A program made the translations under genes and the position numbers. A DNA stretch of 62,934 nucleotides, the filler included, from Choristocarpus tenellus KU-1152 (Eukaryota; Protista; Phaeophyceae): NCBI GenBank assembly GCA_964200185.2. It is 10 parts of 10 records of this genome, joined end to end, with 100 filler letters (N's around TTAATTAATTAA, not from the genome) between each part and the next. Parts side by side here need not be neighbours in the genome. Positions count along the whole stretch, not along the records: positions 52,864 to 58,797 come from CAXNAD020009372.1; positions 58,898 to 62,934 come from CAXNAD020016549.1; 8 more parts are not named here. One strand, given 5' to 3'. The notes under the pieces were generated by a model. The model saw only the letters and a list, made by a program, of their open reading frames with translations. It was not told where the DNA came from and ran no database searches. Numbering within the stretch: position 1 is the first letter of the stretch; the number at the start of each line of letters is the position of its first letter. This document shows, in pieces, positions 56,001 to 62,934 of this stretch.

Positions 56001-58916
56001 AAAATTCGATACGTGTATCATTAGTGTATATATAGTGATTGCGTAAAAAACCGAAACAGTATAATTTTGAAGGATTTTCGATTGTGGCATTCGGGGGAAC
56101 ATGTGGCATGAGTTCAGAGCAAGGACACATATGAAAGCATCAAAGACGCCAGAGCCTTTGGGGACGACAATCAAGCAAAAGGTCAACAAGATCTATGATA
56201 TACAGGCACATATTACGGTGCTTACCGTACCCTAACTAAGCAGGTTCACATTACCAAACTTCGTTGATATTACTTTGTAACTACGGCAATAGCACAATCT
56301 ACGGATTGTAGAGGGTGCCACAATTTTCACAAGAACGGGCGCGAAACGACATCCCTTCGCGATTATCCCACGATACAAAGTCCTCTGCGATACATGGTGT
56401 TAGTAAGGATGTCCAGGAAGACTGAAGGAAAGCTGAACAATATGAAGATGTGTAGATAGCGTGGATGAGATCACTATCGTGAGCAAGCCTTTTGGGGGGG
56501 CGGCAATGGGAGTGCAATGCTATGCTCCTATAGCCTCATCTTCTCCATAATAAATGAGTAGTTCCATGTATCTCACAACATACCATACAAAATTAAGGGT
56601 AATTTTTGTCTACGATTCTTTAATTTTCAAAAACCATCCAAACCTGATGCTGAACTATGAAACAATATTTAGCATTTTTTATTATTCCAAAATGATTTTG
56701 AACTACTTAACTTACGTAAAACATTACTGAACAAAATATTTATATCGACGGTTAGAAATCCCTTAAGATTTGGACGACTACCTTTTATCCACACTGCTGA
56801 AGTAAACCAATTGTTTGAAAAATTACCTTTTCATTTTCCCACTCTATTATATTATTTGACTTACTTCAAGGAATAAAAGCATTACAAGAAAGAGGATAGG
56901 TATGGAATGGTAGTTCTCAAGTTATTAAGGAGGTGGCGTTATTGGATGGGGTCCTGGTGAGCAACGAGATGCATGCCATAAAAGGCTGGCTACAGAGCAG
57001 AACCTTGTTCTCAGAGCAGAAAATATCACCACCATTGCCTCAATTTTTCAACAGAATTAAGGAAAGAACATTCTTTCGAAACACATCCTACCAAAAAATA
57101 TGATACAATAGGTGAGAGGCACTGTGTACAATAATGCCAGGGCCTCAACACCCCAGCGCTCAAAAATGGATGGGCGCAAACCAACCAGAGGGTAGTATTC
57201 AGCACCTACTCTGGGGTCTGGCGTACTACTATCAATACAAGTGCATATAGGGTACGCATGCAGCACATCATAATAGCTACCACAGTCCACACACTCACAA
57301 TAAAAAAAATGGCACGCCATTGCAACCACAACCAAAACCAAGCCATAACCGCAAGCAAGTATACAAAGAGCTAAAGCAAGTGGAAATATAGTAAATATGG
57401 TACAAAATAAAATCAAAGCTAGGTACCACCCTGCAAGGGTGAGTGCAGCCAGTCTTGCTTCCTTCAGTCAAGGGCGAGAGCTGTACCATCTGTGTAACCA
57501 CCATAAAACTACAATCTTAACCTGCATTCCAAGAAACACACACATCATCTTGGAACAAAAAAAAAAACGTACTCTGTGCTATAAAATCTGTGCCTGCATA
57601 GGAGCAATAGGGAGTATTGGCCAATAGAGCAACACCAGGATGATCATGAACAATCTACCAATCAAATGCACACACTAGTGCTTGACCTTTGGCATGACAT
57701 CTCACTTGCCATTTTGCTCCATTCAGTCCATATGTACACATACACAAGATCCAGTATCAAAGGAAAAAACATGCCAACATTCTTTGTTAAATTCCCTACA
57801 ACTCCTGCCCTAGAGGGGCCTCACACACCAACCTCAATGACACACCCAAGACATGGATTGATCGATAATAGTGGAAGCACAACAAACACAAAAAATGGTG
57901 AACACAAACCATTCCAAGACACTCGAGTCATGATGAGTACCCTAACAGGGAGCATTTCCTTTCTTATAATGCAACCCTCACATTATCATAAGATGCATCT
58001 CCAACACATAACCATGCAATATCTACTGGCACCAAAATCTGCCCTTCATCTCTACACCTTCAAATAGCCCCAACACATACAAAAAAAGACCATTTAGAGA
58101 CAACAACAGGAACATACTTCTAAACTCAGCTGCTGGTACAATAATGTAGTGGCAGTTACAACAGCTTCAAGATTAACGGCTGTACCATTATCTGCCCCCC
58201 ACATAAAATACTTAGTGCTCAAGAAACAAGAACCTGTTCCTCGTCAGTTACAAAAATACAAAACCAGGTACAAAACGAAAGGCTTTTTTCCCCTTCTCCC
58301 CATATAAGGGTAGAGAACCCAATCATGATAGGTAGTGAGTGCTCCATACATGCTGTACAACCAAGTAAGAGTTGTCAGTTCACTAAAAACCAACCCACCA
58401 AAGATTGAAAAAAGAAACTCACAGCCTGCTCTCCATAACAACAACAGATTACTCAGCTCTAGAAGGGGGGCTGTTCAGTAAGAAAGGCTCACCACATGTC
58501 AAGTATTCAAACAGCACTAAGATACATGCATAACAGAGAAGAGAGAGGGGCCACAAAAAGGGCCTCACCATACAAAGTACTCTGGAGCATAGACAGTACT
58601 CTGAAGCACTTGGTAACACTTGCGCACTCCAACCATAACAATCTCCCCATACTACCAAATATTATCCATGTGCAAAAAATCCCCCCCAGAACATCTGACA
58701 TCCAATCCCCCCCCAAGGTAATGGTTAGAGGCCATAAAACAACGAATTCCGTAACTCATTCTTTTTGACCTTTTCCCCAACCAAAATACTCCCCCCCNNN
58801 NNNNNNNNNNNNNNNNNNNNNNNNNNNNNNNNNNNNNNNNNTTAATTAATTAANNNNNNNNNNNNNNNNNNNNNNNNNNNNNNNNNNNNNNNNNNNNCCC
58901 CCAAATACTTTGAGTC

Positions 58917-59845
58917 TCCTCACAGCCCCCGATGTGCTGCCCCCTCCCATAAATAAACCCATCGTCATCATCGTCACCCGAGCTTTCATTGCCTGACTGG
59001 TACAAGGATTCCTTGAGCAGCTGGTCTTCCATGTCCTCCAGTATCACATTGGCCATTTCGTCGTTGTCTTCCAAGCGGATCCATGCTTTCACTGTGTCGA
59101 TGGAAGCCTGAGACCGTGACCGATTCCAAACTTTTGAGCAACCACAGTTCCCATCATGGTCTTCAGGAGTGTCAACGCTTCCACCTTCTCTGCAAAGCTC
59201 AAGTGTTTACGATTGTCGGCACCGCAAGGCTTGTAGGATGTGTCCTTCTCTGTAGATTTATTTGGCAGCACCTTTCCCTTGCCCTTGTTCTTTTTATTGT
59301 GGTGCTTCGACGCCTTGTTGTTACTGGCTGGAGAACTCGAAGTCTTGCGCTTGGTGGGACTCACACACATTTTTGCACACGCGTTTCATTTTACTGACGC
59401 CAAAATGATCCACAGCGCCGCAAATGCCATGAAGATAGCCGCTACAACCGTGACACTTACGGAATGTATAGTGTGGTGGACCAGGAGTATTACCCAGTAT
59501 TTTGCAGCTGGATCCTGCTGCGCAGGGCATCGTTGTATCTGTACAATGCAGTCGTCTAAACTTAATGTGATATACTGTATGTACTGTACAGTACTGAAAG
59601 ACAAAAGACTGCTATGCTGTGTACGCTGGTCTTGAGCAGCTTTTACCCTTTGTTATATATCTACTTAACTTTTGGTATAGCGTTTTGGGAAATCCGTCCG
59701 TCTACTAGTGAAAAAAATGTAAGTTTGCTCGATATAAGAGAGAATTGGCAGGAAAACACCGAAACCTCCCTTATAGTCTGAAAAGTCGTGACAACGTAAT
59801 TTACCCTCTCTTATATCCCGTTTTCTCTTATATAGGTACACCCCC
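58917..59845 (-). mobile_element. pogo-like deletion derivative (copy 2): PHD-like finger + CENP-B/psq HTH start + acidic tail
   Basis: MPCAAGSSC..PPHYTFRKCHGCSGYLHGICG..KRVCK, then RKHLSFAEKVEALTLLK..VAQKFGIG (CENP-B N-terminal HTH), fused directly to WIRLEDNDEMANVILEDMEDQL. DDE core absent. Confidence 0.75.
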
Positions 59846-61471
59846 TCTACACAAATACATTCATTGTTTACTCTTATATTAAAGATGCCAAGAGTTTATA
59901 AACTGTTCGAAAAATGCTTGGTCACTAATCTCATACCTAGTATTTTTTTTCCTTCCAGACTTCCTCATAGACATAATTGAGAAGTACACCACATCAGGTG
60001 TCGGAGGTGAATACTGTCCCGATGGATAGGGAGGACGTGTGGACAGTGGTTCGTCGGTGCCATGTTTGACCTAATAATGACACATTATGGTTGTGTGTTT
60101 GTCCATGATATCCAATGTGAACTTTGAGGGAGTGAGATATTGTGCTGAATATTAAAAGAGTTTTTAAGAAGTGTAACAGTTCTTTTCGTTATTGAATGGT
60201 GATATTTTCGGAAAGATGATAATTGTGTTGATTTTTATAGCATTTGGTTCATTTTGGAGTAGAAATACAAATATGTCGTTGACCACTTAGCATTTAGAAC
60301 TTTTTTCACGCAAAACCCTACAGTTCTTCATTTGTCAAGCACTTTTCCAATGGAACTTGATTCATAAACCATACACATCTGTCCACCTTCAGTCCGATCC
60401 ACCCTCCTCATTCTTACATCAAATCACTTGTGTAACACAAGTCACTACAACAACAGCGAGGAACCATTGCATAGGGAAGTGTGGAATATAGTCACCCAGC
60501 CTTCCCAAATGTGTCTATCTTTGACCTAAGGAGGCCTTATGGTGGTGTGATTTTCAATTATATATATGGGTAAGTCTGAGGGAGTGAAAAATACTAAATA
60601 TTGTGTCTAAAAAATGTCACCTTGGGTTCAATGAGCGACTCTAAATCCAAGATATTTGTGTTTTGAATCGAATTGAACTGTTGTGTAGGAGACAAAAACT
60701 CCAAAGAAAGCCTCTGTAGGTCTCAGCAGACAGATCTGAAGCCATGAACAGTGAAATATTTAGTGAGTTGTGGTTAGTGACACCTTGTGACAAATACCTG
60801 GCTCTTGCGTGACCTCGGACACGTTGAGTAGACACACTTCTGTTTACATGGTGATAACCCCCCCCTCCTAAATGTAAGACCCATCGCATTTCACCTTTTC
60901 ATCCTTTTCAAGTATTCAGNNNNNNNNNNCCTCGGCAACGTTGAGTAGACACACTTCTGTTTACATGGTGATAACCCCCCCCCCCCCAAATATATGAACT
61001 ATTTCATTTCAGTTATTTAGTTTTTTCAGTTAATCCGATTAATCAAAATTTAAGCTGTTTGATTCTCGTGATTCACAACACCAATCACCGATATCAAAAT
61101 TCCCACCATTTTTTATGGACCAATAATGCTCCCATCCCAACAGTACTAGCATCAACAAGTATGAGAACGCTCATTGAAAATCAGGAAAGTGGAGGAGTGG
61201 TAGAATGTTAATAGTCGTCTCTATTTTTAAGAACAGAGTCTGTTGTGACCAATTCCACGTGAGATGCAGTATCACTTTTACCTTTTTCGGAGTTAGTACT
61301 TGTGAGGTGATCTTTCTTGATACTTTCTTTTTGTGAATGTCAAATCAATTCCGCTGACAGTTCTGAAACATTTTCTACAATCAATAACAAGAGAAATGTT
61401 CACGGATTTGAAGGTTACACAATACCTTGTTTTCCTATTTTGTTTACACACTTTTGGATAGTGTTGGGTAT

Positions 61472-61727
61472 AACCCGAAGCATTTAAGAAGGTAGGAAGT
61501 TTGACCTGTTTCTCCCTTCGGGGCTTGGCTTCCCATTAGGTTTTTTATGTCCTTTTTCGAGTTTCTGTGTGAAAGTTTACCTAACATGTATACGGCTATG
61601 AAAGGTGTGTCTGGAGCAGGGATATTGACACTTGCTAACAAACACGTTAGCAAAAATTAATCAAAATTGCAACATTGGATTGTGACTCCGAACGGACGCA
61701 GCTGTACCCTCTTAAATGCTTTGGGTC
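61472..61727 (+). mobile_element. MITE family A, divergent subfamily copy
   Basis: 256 bp. TIRs AACCCGAAGCATTTAAGAAGGTA / TACCCTCTTAAATGCTTTGGGTC. TSD GTAT at 61468-61471 and 61728-61731. Confidence 0.88.
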
Positions 61728-62573
61728 GTATTTTTGGTGTTGCATGATACGGAGGCCTACTAGATGGTTTAGTCCTTGGTTATATGGGAAAATCGAGAGT
61801 TGTGGTACAACAGTCTATTCATCCTCTGATAACAAAAAGGTCGGTTTGAATTTAGCTACAAGATCTAGAAACGCTTTCTTCAGGGTTGAAGGGTATTGCT
61901 ACAACCACATTGGTGTTGGTATCTGACATGGTCTGAGTGGTATGTGATATGGGGGAGATATGACCTACTACAATATTTCCAGGTAGCTTCACGCATCTCA
62001 TAAATTGAAAATATTGACCAAATATCCTCCATCTTCTCCCCAAACAGTTAGGGTATAATTGACTGACAATAATATATTGCCATTGGGGATGTATGTCTTC
62101 ATCTTGTTGAAGACCCATGTCATTCTTTATGATGGGTTCCACAACACCATAATCAGTTATTGTCCCTTGAATGACCGGGGAACATACCGGAACAGTGTCT
62201 GTGCCATAGGGTAGGTATATCCCTTGTTACTGTATGTAATGTAGGTGTGTTAAACTCAGTTGCGACCACTGAAATTGAGACTTGAGATGATATAATGGGC
62301 TCCGATGGAATATCAGTCTGACAATCATGTGCTGGGGGGGAAGACATGGGAATTGGTACATTTTGTGAAATGGATACATCCATCACTGTCTTCAAATGAT
62401 ATTTCTTTTTCCTAATTTAGCACTGTCCCAAATGCTGACATGATCCTGTTATACATCAAGAGGATACGCACTCAGCCAAAGATGGGTATGGCTACTCCTT
62501 GGACAGGCATTGATAGATCTCCAAAGCTGTAGTTTAAGTTGGATAAAACCTTGAACAAGTTCTACCGCCTGCT

Positions 62574-62831
62574 GAGTCAAAGTATCTTAGAGGGTAGAGC
62601 TGCGTCCATTTGGGGTCAAAATCCAATGTTGCAATTTTGATGTTATTTTGGCTATCATGTTTGTTAGGAGATGCCAATATCCTTGTTCTGGACATACCCT
62701 TTCATAACATACACATTTTACCTACTCCGAAACATTTCAGAGTAGGTAAAATGTCTTAAAAAAAACTGTGTCAAGCCAAGCCCCAAATGGACAAACAGGG
62801 AAAACTCGTACTCTCTGGGATACTTTCACTC
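62574..62831 (-). mobile_element. MITE family A, complete copy
   Basis: GAGTCAAAGTATCTTAGAGGGTAG ... GATACTTTCACTC. TSD TGCT at 62570-62573 and 62832-62835. Confidence 0.95.
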
Positions 62832-62934
62832 TGCTCCGTCAAATTGAGAGCCCCTAAGTAAACGCCCGAAGTACCTGGGGGGGGAGGGGGGGTCTACACC
62901 AGGGTTTCCATTTTGGACCATAACAGGAAAAGTG

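Noticed and set aside
57057-58716. Hydrophobic Cys-rich ORF fragments (minus strand)
   Set aside because: Interrupted by stops, no consistent splice model and no recognisable family.
60810-60990. ~55-bp direct repeat
   Set aside because: Sits on either side of a 10-N gap next to poly-C; likely an unmerged contig overlap.

Overview
Eukaryotic nuclear DNA: GT-AG intron-split genes, many decayed transposons and TTAGGG motifs. Gene and repeat style fit a photosynthetic stramenopile, probably a brown alga (inference). The window is not one locus. It is 10 short contigs joined by nine identical artificial 100-bp linkers (N44-TTAATTAATTAA-N44), so adjacency across linkers means nothing. Intact-looking genes: D-2-hydroxyglutarate dehydrogenase (3 exons), a TPR + CS/NudC co-chaperone-like gene (3'-truncated), a CAMK-group kinase (3'-truncated) and a claudin/amastin-like tetraspan protein. 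The most unusual gene has 4 exons and encodes a signal/transit-peptide-led NUMOD4-HNH-NUMOD4-HNH-AP2 protein. It looks like a domesticated, probably nuclease-dead, phage-type homing endonuclease aimed at the plastid. Mobile DNA dominates the rest: two intron-containing Sola-type transposase pseudogenes, two related MITE families with 4-bp TSDs (about 15 copies or fragments), pogo derivatives with an N-terminal PHD-like finger, mariner and IS630/Tc1 relics, and CRE-type LINE fragments with (AAT)n tails. All family assignments come from motif recognition by eye, not from database searches.
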